Source: Glycera tridactyla
Taxonomy: Eukaryota
Direction of reading: 5' to 3'
NCBI GenBank assembly: GCA_965644265.1
Contig: OZ286467.1
Location: 15,252,001 to 15,316,000, forward strand
DNA: 64,000 nucleotides
Below are positions 34,964 through 46,850 of this stretch, in pieces. Below the pieces are notes generated by a model. The model was not told the DNA's origin. It made no database searches and was given only the letters and a program-made list of their open reading frames with translations. Both the position numbers and the translations under genes were made by a program. The first letter of the stretch is position 1. Every line of letters starts with the position of its first letter.

Positions 34964-37820
34964 CTCCAACAGTGTATTTGCTCTGATATTAGTAGTAACC
35001 AACATTTATGTACACAACATATCATATAATTTGTCATTCCAGCATCGTGCTCTCAGCTGTTTGCAGAGATCAGTATTTACATGCACAGTCTAATCCTTCT
35101 GGGCCTACACCTATGTACACATTCACATTCATATGCACTTGTTCACATATTGGAATGGTTATGATGTTGTACTCGGTAATTCAGGACTGTTCATGCACTT
35201 TCATGCACACACACGTACCGTCTCACATGCTCACGCACACGCTCGCACGCACGTACCCCTACGGTAGAGTAGTTCTTTAATAGTATTGCACTCGACGGTT
35301 CATGACTGTCTCAGGTTCATTCTCACATACACGCATCCACGTATGCTGACCTTCCCACATTATCATGTAAACGCTCTCACTCACGCACACGTATGTACAC
35401 ACACCTTTTCACCGGATCATGCACGCACATTTTCTCACCTGGCTATACAATCATGCTGCTTCGGTGGCCAAGTCCCATGGTATGCTCATTAGTACAGTTT
35501 CAGGGCAACAGCACAGACCACAGTGTTTCATTGTATATTACAGTTTAGTTTTACAGCGATTTCACAGTGGTGTCTGATCATATTTCATTATCATGCCATT
35601 TCCAGCGAAGTTGATCAGTAACATTGTACCTGTCTACCTTCTCATACCGATACATTCTCGTGCTTGCACATGTATGCACCCACACCTTCATTCATGGTCA
35701 CACACACGCCTATACATACGTACACACGTGTACGGTGGTCACATAACATCATCACAATAATCTCAGAGGAGTTGTTTGGTATGTTCTCATGTGCACATTC
35801 ACTCAAGCACACACACACACACCCACAGCATGCTGCACATGTGCACAGGTCACAGTACACCATCACAGCAATTTCAGTGGAGTGGTTTGGTGACTCGTCG
35901 ATTCAGGAATGTTATAGGTGCAATAAGCAGAAGGTTCTCACACGCGCACATGCACGCACACACACGTTCACTGGCACGCACACGCGTGAGCACAGGTCGC
36001 ATCACATCATGACACAGCAATATCAAGGGAGTTGTTTGGTGTCTTGCCAGCTCAAGACTGCTTCAGGTACTTTCTCACGCCCACGCTCGCATGCACGCAC
36101 ACACTCATGCACATACCATCTCACCATATCATGTACACATGATGGTCATGCACCCGCTCACATGCATGCGTACACATGCACACACTCCTTCTCATCTGCT
36201 CACACATTTACTCGCCTGACACGATCCAGTCTGGGTACAGTCAGTATAATATAGTTTCAGGGCAGCACACAATACATGGTATTTACATAATACATTACAT
36301 TATCAGTTTGTGATGAGTTTGCATAAGTGTCAGATCACATTACATTAACATGGCACTGTCCTCATATGATCACGCACATGCTCCAGTGCGTGCACACGCA
36401 CATACATTCACCTTCTCACCTCGTCATACTCACTCATTTTCTCACCCGGTAATGCACTATGCCAGTTACACTGGCTGAATCCATTCTCGCATGCAGTCAG
36501 TATAGAATAAAATATTACATCACACTTTCCATCATGATTTCGCAGCAAGTTCATGGTAGTGTTAAGTCACATTACAATATCGCGGTCGTGTCATGAGTGT
36601 TGTTCAATAACATTGCAGTCGACAATTTGAGACTGTTACGGGTTCGTTTTCAAGCACATGTGTGCATGCCTACATACCTTATCACCTGTTCACCTTTCGT
36701 AGATTTCTTTGAACTCACACATCACACACATGCCCACATACCTTCTCGTATGATCACATACACGCCCACTTGCAAGCATACACACGACATATTTTCTCAC
36801 ATGGTCAAGCACTCGTGCTTCCACACTGGCTAAATTCAGTCCCAGGTACAATCGGTATAGTACAGTATCTTGGCAGAACTACAGTACAGTACATAATATT
36901 GCGTTATACAATTCATTATCATTTCATGGTGCGTTCACATAGATGTCAGGTCGCATTGCATTTTCATGGCACACCTTCTCGTCAGCTCATGCACGCACTC
37001 CCTCTTGTATGCTCATGTTCATGCCCACTTGCACGCATACACATGTACACACACTTTCTCACTCGCTCACACATTGTCTCACCTGGCCATGCACTCGTAC
37101 TTCCACACTGGCTAGATTCAGTCCCGGTTACAATCGGTATAATACAGTATCTGGGCAGAACTACAGTACATAATATTGCGTTTATACAATTCATTATCAT
37201 TTCATGGTGAGTTCACTTAAGTGTCGGGTCGCATTACATTTTCATGGCACAATCAGGGGACTTGTTTAGTGACATTGTACTTGATAATTCAGGACTGCTG
37301 TGGGTCCACTCTTGATCGCATACACATTTACACGTACCTTCTATCCTGGTCATGCTCACACACCCTCTCGTATGTCTCTCACTGCTTGTTTGATATGTGG
37401 GTTCCTCGGCTCAGTCTCATATATGATCACATGAACACATTCGACAGTTCAGGGCTGTTTATAGGTACATTCTCACGTGCACTCACGTCATCACCTACTC
37501 CTTCTCATACAATCAAGCGTGCATTCACACGCACGCACACGCACTGCTTGTTTGATATATGGGTTCACTCTGTTCAATCATATATACCATCACCCAGTTC
37601 AGAGATTTTTTAGGTGCATTCTCATGCACCTACTCATTCTCTTGTGGTCACGCACACACTCACATGCACGCACATGCACATACACACATCTTCACACCAT
37701 ATGGTCGTACACCTCTCATCCCTCTACAGTTGTATTCACTACACACATTCTCCACGTAATCACTCAATTGCTCTCACCTCATCCTTTCACACATACATGT
37801 GCTCCTACTCCAGTCTGCAT
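34470..37820. repeat. Complex CA/CG-rich degenerate satellite-like region in the LINE B spacer
   Basis: Recurrent CACACGCATGCAC tracts. Diverged ~280-bp modules at about 35430, 36220, 36460, 36797 and 37078 (the last two closely similar). 29-nt T run at 34931-34959. Confidence 0.8.
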
Positions 37821-37828
37821 TTTCTCAT

Positions 37829-38764
37829 TTACATATAGGGGCTTACTAAGTCCTTGTCTATCAAGTATTCCATGTCCCTCGGCTTCAGTGCATCTGGGTA
37901 GTCACTTCTTCTTACTTCCCGTAGTTTCTTGCAGACTTTCTTCCATTCTCTCTTGGGTATGTTCCGCTGTAGTTTCTCTGTATGCATGCTCCATGCCTTC
38001 AGCATCACGGATCGACCAAACATGCGTTGCCCCCTGAGTCCCAAATGTATCTGGTCGGGCATGTAGAGGACAGTTCGTAGTCTTGGTATTTCTGGGTGAA
38101 AATCGAATAGCTTCCTGTTCATATTGAGCACTTCACACTTGGCTAGCTTCTTTATTCCCGCATCTACTCGTCTTGCTAGGCGCGCTACTGGGGCACTCCA
38201 TCTCTTACGGGGGATGATGCTGATATGTACCACTCTGGCACCCTCACACCTTTTACGTACATCCTTAATTGCTTGAACCGCATCTGTCACTATTCTGGCA
38301 ACTGTTTGTGCAATTTTGATTTTCATTTCACCGATTCTCCCGAGTCGCCATAATTTGTCTATGTGCCTGCGCTGGTTGTCAACATCATTCCCACCGATGC
38401 AAACAAAGACAATATCCACTTTGACTCCAGTCGCTAGGAATTTGCGCCATTGATTCCCTAGGTATTGATGTTTGGCAGGTGCAATACCCCTCAGACGCGT
38501 TGTGAGGTTTATTGTGGTTGCTCCCCTTGAGTGTAGGAAGTGTGTGTGTACGTACATTTCCCTTTCAAGGCTACTGCACGACTCAGATTTTGTGTGTTCA
38601 AATAAGCAACTCACGTGGCTGGAACCAACTATGAGAACTGTTGGCCTTCCGTAGAATTCCAGTTTTTTCCATCTGCGTCGATATTCATTGAAGAGGTACT
38701 CCGACTCCATATCAACGTTATAGGTACTTGTGTTGTCAATACTCTCAATGTCAGGTAGATCCAT
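37829..38764 (-). CDS. LINE B stand-alone SGNH/GDSL hydrolase (311 aa), intact
   Basis: YGRPTVLIVGSSHV (block I Ser), SRGAT (II), VDIVFVCIGGNDVD (III), HISIIPR, MPDQIHLGLRG (V, D-x-x-H). Own ATG, no disruptions. Confidence 0.88.
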   Translation of the reverse strand: MDLPDIESIDNTSTYNVDMESEYLFNEYRRRWKKLEFYGRPTVLIVGSSHVSCLFEHTKSESCSSLEREMYVHTHFLHSRGATTINLTTRLRGIAPAKHQYLGNQWRKFLATGVKVDIVFVCIGGNDVDNQRRHIDKLWRLGRIGEMKIKIAQTVARIVTDAVQAIKDVRKRCEGARVVHISIIPRKRWSAPVARLARRVDAGIKKLAKCEVLNMNRKLFDFHPEIPRLRTVLYMPDQIHLGLRGQRMFGRSVMLKAWSMHTEKLQRNIPKREWKKVCKKLREVRRSDYPDALKPRDMEYLIDKDLVSPYM

Positions 38765-38802
38765 GTTGCTGGCCGAAGTGTTCGCTAGCTACTGTCCGTT
38801 TG

Positions 38803-39753
38803 CTAGTAGGCAGGTATTCTGTCTGTCATATACCTTTCACATGCGTTTTTGGCTATATTTTGGACTTGCTCTTCTTTTTCGATCAAGTGCGTATCTACGT
38901 ATTCACCCACTTGTTGCCTAAATGTCGATGCTGATGTGATTTTATTTAGTTCACCAATAATGAAGCGTTTGATCTTGTCGTCTACCAGGTTGTTTATATC
39001 ACAGGTAGTGTCAACTTTGTCGCCTCTTTGGTCGCCTGCTTTCCCACTGCCACATGTTAGGTCACCCGTGACAGGCTGCTCACTTTTCAACTCAACGCTG
39101 GTGATACAATCTCGTAAGCTTACAGTTGCGAGACTCGATGTCAATGACCCATTCACAGGTTGATACGCCTGGTCACTCGTTGATTTGGTAGGGTCCAGTT
39201 CATTAGTATAGTGGCCTGGTTCGGAGCCGATACTAAGGGACGAGTCAGACAGCGATCTTGGGATTTGACTTTGTGAAGACTGAAACAAGCCCTCTTCAGT
39301 ACTTGGATGTGGTCCGTCTACATTGTCATGTTGACTGCTAGTTACCGGTGCAATAGCCATGGACCGCCCCTCTGATCGATCGACTGGTATTCCCTCCCCT
39401 AAGCAACCACTTTCCAGCACAGAATCGACATTGTACGATGCTTTTGATAAATTGCTGGAGTCCACCGATTTTGAGTATTCAAGTTCGATAGAGTTATTTA
39501 CAGATATAGAGTCGGAGAATGTGGTAGACTTATCTTGTTGTTGAGTTTCACCAGATTGTTCTATACTGAGGTCTTGGTTAGCAGTTGTTGACAACGATTT
39601 ATCCGCCATGTTGTTCTGCTCCGATTTCGCAGACGATCTGGTCGTTCTCCCCTGGAAAGTAACTTCAAACAGATTCGATGTGTCCTGGGGTTTGTTCACT
39701 GTTGTCTTTGTACCTTTAACTATATTCTTATCCTTGTTGGATGGCATTGTCAT
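38803..39753 (-). CDS. LINE B ORF1 remnant: Ser/Thr-rich disordered N-terminus + start of helical region
   Basis: Its last 35 aa align without gaps to the start of the LINE A ORF1 remnant (VGEYVD..L...ACERYMTDRIP vs VHEKLD..L...TCENYLEDHVP). Likely start MTMPSNK at 39753; frame open to 39816. Confidence 0.65.
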   Translation of the reverse strand: MTMPSNKDKNIVKGTKTTVNKPQDTSNLFEVTFQGRTTRSSAKSEQNNMADKSLSTTANQDLSIEQSGETQQQDKSTTFSDSISVNNSIELEYSKSVDSSNLSKASYNVDSVLESGCLGEGIPVDRSEGRSMAIAPVTSSQHDNVDGPHPSTEEGLFQSSQSQIPRSLSDSSLSIGSEPGHYTNELDPTKSTSDQAYQPVNGSLTSSLATVSLRDCITSVELKSEQPVTGDLTCGSGKAGDQRGDKVDTTCDINNLVDDKIKRFIIGELNKITSASTFRQQVGEYVDTHLIEKEEQVQNIAKNACERYMTDRIPAY

Positions 39754-40029
39754 TTCAGTAAGTCCGAAAAATATGAAAATTCCCTTCTGCTCGTACGCGT
39801 GTGTCCTACTCCTCACGCATGCGCAATGTAGTGTATTCCACAGTGTTCAGAAGCCACAGCTCCCTGGTATCTATCTCGTCCACCTTCCACGTGACCATCT
39901 ATTGTCGGCCAACTCATCCATCCCACGCTTATCACAGCATCCTGCTCCCTGCAGACATTCATTCCGCCTCAATATGTCAGCCAAGAACCCATCATGTCCG
40001 CGACGTTGTGCCAGAACTACTGGCTGACC

Positions 40030-40161
40030 NNNNNNNNNNNNNNNNNNNNNNNNNNNNNNNNNNNNNNNNNNNNNNNNNNNNNNNNNNNNNNNNNNNNNNN
40101 NNNNNNNNNNNNNNNNNNNNNNNNNNNNNNNNNNNNNNNNNNNNNNNNNNNNNNNNNNNNN
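40030..40161. other. Assembly gap (N run)
   Basis: Ns. Confidence 0.99.
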
Positions 40162-40404
40162 ATCCATCTATCTCTACGCCAACCCACTCATTCAACTATC
40201 CATCAATCCATCCATTTATTCATCATTGAGCCATCCTTCCATGAATCCATGCATGCATCCATCTGTCCATCCAAGCATCCACCCACCATCCAACCACCCA
40301 TCCACCCACTCACCATTCATTCATCTATCCATCTATCCTTCAATACATCCATCCATCCACCCATCCATATATTCACGCTTCCTTCCATCCATCCATCCAT
40401 CTGT
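40162..40404. repeat. Degenerate (CATC)n microsatellite
   Basis: Direct inspection. Confidence 0.9.
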
Positions 40405-43400
40405 CAGCGATAACTATTGTTAGAAACCACCTGAGCTATACAGATGGCCCCGAAGTAACGAATGTCTTTCAAGTTACCTGGCATATGTCTAGTGTGAGGG
40501 ACCAGGCTCGATTCTCTCTTTGTGGCCGTACAACCAATGACGTTTTCCAAGTCAAATACAGTTTTATTCCCCAGAATACAGCATAGCACAGCAATGTACA
40601 GAAACTGTGGGGGAAGGCCAGAAAGACTTCAGGACTGACTTCACGAAGTCCAACCACTCGCAGAGTCCTCAGATGAATCCTGAAGCTACCCTTTTCCACC
40701 ACAGCTTATATATGTTATCGGTGTCAACCACACACGAAGGCACCTCATACACACCACATGCTTAGTGCATGTCCAAACCAGTTCTCGGTCATGACTCACG
40801 GTCACAACACATGGCCGCGACCTTGAGCTGTGACTCACACTACTCAACCACACAAAAGGGTATTGGGTATGAGAGAGCATGAATAGAGAGCAGCTGACGT
40901 CAGTGAACAAAGGAGGCATAGAAATGTTCAAGGTTCAATACCAATAACCACCTGAATACCTACCCCTCTCAAAAACGTTCTTTGTCGTTATGCAGAACGA
41001 CATAGCTAACCCTAGGATACCATATCCCGACTCCTCAGATACGTCATATTTCACAAATCGTAATTTTAGCGTTGAGACATCCACCCATCCATCCTTCCAT
41101 CTATCTCAACAGGGTGATCCCTCAATCTCACGAATATAGGATTTTTTTTTCCCAGGTAACCAAATTAAAATCTCAGACAATGAATCATCGCATAAATCGA
41201 ATTACTTCTTCAAACCCAGTTTGGAACTGTCTACTCTGAACTGTCTACGTCATATTTTCTGCGAGTTGCTATTCCCATCTGATTATGGTCGGTATTCAGA
41301 TGTGGGTTGATTTCTCAGAATGCTTGTGGGTATTTTCAGCTCATATCACGACATATTCTGACATTAGCCCACCAAATAAAACGAGATACCGGACACATTT
41401 CACCTGAGTTCATTGCGTGTATTCTTCACCAAAGCTTGATAATACATCGATTCAATCAGTTTCAAAGTTCATTCAGTAGGTTCTTTGTTCCTCATCTGAT
41501 TGCAGCAGATCATGGAAGGATGAAGTCTAATAAATCACATTGCCAAAGAGAACAGTTTACTGTTGCTACTACACCGGGGAACGATCGCAGGTGACACCAG
41601 TGCCACTAAGTTGCATGATGCCAAGGATGAACCATCGACAATTTTGTCTCTCGGGGATTGTCTCTCTGTTCATGACGTCACTACATTCGACAGCAACCTC
41701 ATATCAACCCCACATGTGCCATGAAGAACAAATTTATAGGAATCTTGATTCGATGAGCAATATGTGAACGCATCGCATCATCAAGGACGTTATTGAAACA
41801 GTGACCTTCACAACATCAGTATTTTCACTTATTTGTTAGTTTGACTGTTTCGGCTGATTTTTGCATTTCAGTCAAGTACTAGTGTTAGATCCCAACGGGT
41901 CTGATCTCCCCAGTCCTGATGTTGCTATTCATTGGTGAAATGCCCTTTATTGATGAGAACCAGATCTTTTCTGTGGATGGATTTTGAATGACCCTATTCG
42001 CTGCGTATTTGTGTGTGTATGACTGGGGATATGGGGCTCATTTTTAGTCACTTATTATAACGTCATGGCTGATCCTTGTTTCGAGATCACACCATGATCC
42101 AGGTCTGCTGCTGAATATCTCACGCTGGTCCTCATGTTTCAGATCTGTCACAGTGGCCGATACCACCAGCTGCAACCGCAGCCTATCTACATTTGAATCA
42201 AGTGAAAAGGTGGTAACATTACACCACGGAGCACTTCTAGTTTATCTGGTCAGGAAAAAACATTTTCACAATTATTTTCATCATTATTTCTATCAAGATG
42301 ATCATATTCCGATCATTATGTAATGGTGGAATGAACATCCAGTGAGGGACACGGAGAATGAATCGGCTCGTTAATCATTTGAGTCATAGGCTTCATAAAA
42401 CACGCGTATCGATATTGAATGGGGTAGTAATGTGTCGTCTTCATATATATATACTCAGGCTGATTTAGGTGATGGCCTATCCATGTCTAGAATACATCAT
42501 GCCACCACCAGCACCTCCCACCGACAACAAACACTCGGCTTGGTAACAAAATGTGTCAGCACCCGCAATGCTGGCTTGGGAAATAGCCCTTTCATGGATT
42601 TAAATGTGTCCCCACTCAACCATTCAACGCCGATTTGCTGATTGAATGTATTGTTCACTTCTTCAGCATGAACTCACGTGCGGTTTATGACGTCACCATG
42701 ACGCTTCTACTGTCATACGCTGTGATTCAAACAGACATGGCAACTTCAAGTCTGACTACTGGTTTCATAATAACGAACAGAATTCTTATTATGGGTTTCT
42801 CCTTGCTACGACCACCAAAGCTTGCCCCCAGATCCCAGGTACGAATGGTTCCCTTTTCATCTTGATGGGTCAAGTGGCTTGGGCCGTACAAGTCACCGAT
42901 CTGTAGCCCGATCTGATCCTAGCATTTCAGCTTCGACTGGTCAACCCAGCTGACCGCTTCTCTTTTGTTTGTTTGTAAAATATTCTACTGGAGAGAGCAA
43001 TAAACAGAGTCATATAAAATGCTTCCCCAACAGTGAACAACACAGGACCAGCAAATACAAGATTAACTAGTTGGATGATTCAATAACTCGAATACCGCTG
43101 TCGATGAAATATTGTAAATCATCAGCGTGAGAATTGAGATTAACTCTCTGACAAAAATACTGTGAGAGATATTTACTCACTACGAACACTTCAATCCAGC
43201 ATCAAAAACTCAATATCCATTACGGATAAAAACAGGATATAGATACTCGATTCCATTGCTTTGATTGAGATTATTGTCGTCCCAAGTAATGATTCCAATT
43301 TGAGGTTTGCATATTGCTCCTTAATCATATGATAATCCCAACACAATCCTCCCACGGGAGAGCTATGTTCTCTGTCACTCAATCGAGTCTTTGTTAGTAT

Positions 43401-43734
43401 CCATAATTGTATGGATGTCGAAATTTGCTTGAGGTTTCCGTTATGTGTGCTGTCTCTCCAGCGTGTCTAAATGGCGAGTCACCATCCAAGTCGTGATACT
43501 TTGTGGCCCTGTGATGGGACCGATTCTATATCCCGCTCGGCGATCATCGCAGAAATGTTCCCAGTGTGGATATGATCTGTCGGTATTTGGTACAAGCATA
43601 CTGACAACTCATTCATGTCATCAAAGGAACAAGGTCTCGAAAGGTTGCTGCAGTACATAGCGATTGACTGATTGAATGATTACAATTTAAGTGCATGTAC
43701 CAACCCTAGGAGATTACTTCTATTGAAGCTGCAG

Positions 43735-43914
43735 GCTTTATCCTCAATGACCTTCACTCACACACATCCTGACACACAAAATGATGAGGAACCAGAGAGG
43801 TTGTCTAGAGGAGCGGGTGACAGTTATGACACACCTCCATATGCTCATTGCTATAGTGATGGCATATATGAGGATGCGAGGGGAAACGTGAGAGATGAAA
43901 GTAAAGTAGAATAA
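43735..43914 (+). other. Weak candidate terminal exon (acidic tail with YDTP and IYED motifs)
   Basis: CTGCAG acceptor followed by ALSSMTF...DSYDTPPYAHCYSDGIYEDARGNVRDESKVE*. No upstream exons identified. Confidence 0.22.
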
Positions 43915-44848
43915 CATGTGATGTAGGAATTTCAGATAATTTTTTCTCATGCGTGAACGCATTCTCACTCGACCTCACCAATCATGGCGGTAATTATACC
44001 TTAATTAAATGTTAATCTTCTTACTCAAGTAAAGAGATAATTGCTGATCGATATACGTGATTATCACGTGTAAATCAGCTTCACATGCACCAGGCTCATC
44101 CCTGATTTAATCAAAAACTCGTGTATCAATCAGATCAGCCGATTCATTCAGTCATCATCAAACTTTCACAAGGGATGCGGACGTTGATTGATCCCACACT
44201 ATCCTGTGTGCGGAGAGTCACTATAATATGAGACTATGCCGCGAGTAAGAATCCAATCCATCATGATGACACCATTATAATGACATCGAAGAACTGAAGA
44301 GGCAGGAGTCATCTTATAACAGATAACAGATGACACAATCATATCTATCAACTCTCGCCTCGGAAAGTGGCCTATATTGTCCGGGCTCAAGAGACATGAC
44401 AATGATGATCATATTTCAAGAAGACGAGTAATACTCCAACATGTACACTGACTTCTCACATGTCCAATTCCTCATTCATTTACTATATAAGAAGATGGCG
44501 ACTACATAAAAGTAAGACCTAATCCTATATATACGTAGATGTGATGTCAATAGATAATCCTCGAAGAAGACCATATCCATTGAGCATAATGATAGAAACT
44601 AGCGTTGAAGGGTCTCGCTACAAATGTTTAAAATTGAACAATTGAAAAAAATGGTTTCTACATTCGAGTAATAAAGAGTGAACAAGCAGGATATTTGCAA
44701 CCGTTAAGAGTTTATCGAAAGAGACTATATCCTTGCGTAGACAAACTATGAGATGTATTTGTCTTAGTGAGCATTCAAATGAAGAAGTAAAAAAGACTAT
44801 TTAGACAAGAAGGCTTTTCGCCATATGCGACTGTTTACCGTGTGCAAT

Positions 44849-46850
44849 TCACAATTTATCTGCATAAGAATTCTTAAGAACTCTCTTATGAGCCGGTGTT
44901 GACACAGCACCAGTTAATATATCGGGCCTAGCATTCCATGCTTTTATTGCCCGTGTCAAGAAACTCCCTTTAGAACCTTCAAGATTGTGTTTGATAGCGA
45001 GTCGGAGAGATCTCTTGACGTTTCGTGGTTTCAACTTTTATAAGTATCCAGCAACATTTGACGATTTTTCTTGTCTGTGAGAGAGTTGAGTTTACAGTTT
45101 GTATAAAGCTCATCCGATGTAATCGTGATATCTGCCATACATGCCGTTCTCAGAAGGTTTCAATAGCACCTATCGAGTCCCCGTAATAAACTGGCACAGG
45201 CTTCACCATATATCAATCGCCCATAGTTCATGGGGCTCATTATTACCGACAATGCTAATTGTCCGGCACAAACCTGGCTCATCATATGGCGACTGCCTCT
45301 CAACTGCGATGTTTGCCTGAGTAGATCACTTTCGATCTTTTCAATATGTGGTTTAAACGTTAGCGACGGTCCAAAATCAATCCCAGATATCTTGATCAAG
45401 ATCCAAGATTCTGCCTAATTGGTTGATGGGTTGGTGATTGACCAACACGCGCTGTTTTGTGCCGAAAACCATGCATTGTGATTTTGATTTAAGCAGGCTC
45501 AACTTTCTGCTGTTAAAATGTTCTTTAGCTTCTTCAAATCACGATCGAGCTTCTCCCCTATCGAGCGTATATCTTACCAACAACGTATATAGCCGTGTCA
45601 TCGGCATACATAGAAGCGTCACAATATGTCAGTACAGATGGGAGGTGATTCACATACAAAATGAAAAACAAGGGACCTATAATGGACCCTTGTGGTACGC
45701 CACATTGCACCTCGAGGAAATTGGAGAGAGTTTTATCGATCTAGATTGTCTTGGTGGTCTTCTAGATAGCTTCCCATCAATGTCAATTCGAGGTTGTGGT
45801 TAACCGTATCGACGGCCTATGCCAGGTCAAGGAATCCTACTCCCACCAGCAGTCAGTCGTCCATGGCCTTGTACGGTCTCTGTGAAGCTTGCAAATCAGC
45901 TTATGGTCGAGTGGTATTCCTGAACCCGGACTGGGCCCTCGATAGGGCACCCTGCTTATTAAGAGAATCAATGCACTGATTACGAATGATCCTTTCAGAC
46001 AATTTCCCTAGGCATGGTAGGACGGAAATGGGTCAGAAATCTGAGGCGTTTCTTTGGTAGTGGCATTATCCGCCTCTTTTCCAAGACTGTGGGAAGAAAC
46101 TAGAGCGGATGGACGTGTTCACGGTTATGGTCAATGTTGTTAAGATACTAGGGCTGCCATTTTGAGCGAGTTATTGCTAAACTGGTCCTCGGCAGTTGCA
46201 CTTGAGCTTTTCATGTTCTTTATTGTCCTAAGAATATCTGCCTCAGTTACTTCGTAGAAAAAACATATGTCGGTACAGTATCTCCGATGGTACTAGCTAG
46301 CTTGATGCAAATATCTGTACAAAACTCATTGAGATTTTCAGCCCTCTCCTCAGTCGAATTGCAGTCGGTCAGATTGATGATTTCAGTAGACATAGGTTAT
46401 GAATTTGGCCGGAGCGAATGAAACAAACATCATATCTTTATTGGATCCTTGCCAGCTTCTGTGACTTTCTTCTCTATGTAGGTCCCTGAATGATCCCAGC
46501 CATGTCTATTGCCTGAGCGGCTAACTATACCCCAAATATTTACTCTAAGGACGATAAGCAAGTAACCTTCCAACCGACATCCATGGGTCATTACATACTC
46601 TCTGCTTGAAATTGAGTACGTTATACGTCTTTGAGAGCCGGGGTGATTGCAGCTAACTTCCTCCTAAGTCGCACAGGTGGCATCCAATTTACGAGTACAT
46701 TACACGCTGTACTGCCTCGAATACGAATCACCCTTCTGAGAATAGAGGAGACACATTCCTCCACCATGCCAATAGTTACAGGTACGGGCCAGGGTATATC
46801 GCGACATACGTATTCGAGGCCTGTTTTGGGACAACGGTGAATATCACCAC
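44849..46850 (-). pseudogene. Decayed CR1/L2-group LINE ORF2 fragment
   Basis: RAQSGFR, GFLDLA*AVDTVNH, GVPQGSIIGPLFF, SMYADDTAIY, GIDFGPSLTFKPHI, SFLTRAIKAWN, with many stops and frameshifts. Confidence 0.85.

Larger units (their letters stand above)
29640..39830 (-). mobile_element. LINE B (~10.2 kb, CR1/L2 group): ORF1 remnant - SGNH ORF - 4.66-kb spacer - ORF2
   Basis: 3' end AATAAA (29679-29684) followed by a (TTTGAAGCC)n tail (29640-29672). Three same-strand ORFs in the same order as LINE A. The 5' limit is approximate. Confidence 0.72.

Noticed and set aside
34465-38037. His/Thr-rich ORFs (e.g. 35664-36254, 37477-38037)
   Set aside because: Translation products of CA-rich low-complexity DNA.
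40418-40960. Possible solo LTR (TGTTA start, minus-strand TATA and AATAAA)
   Set aside because: No matching ..TAACA end or target duplication could be identified.
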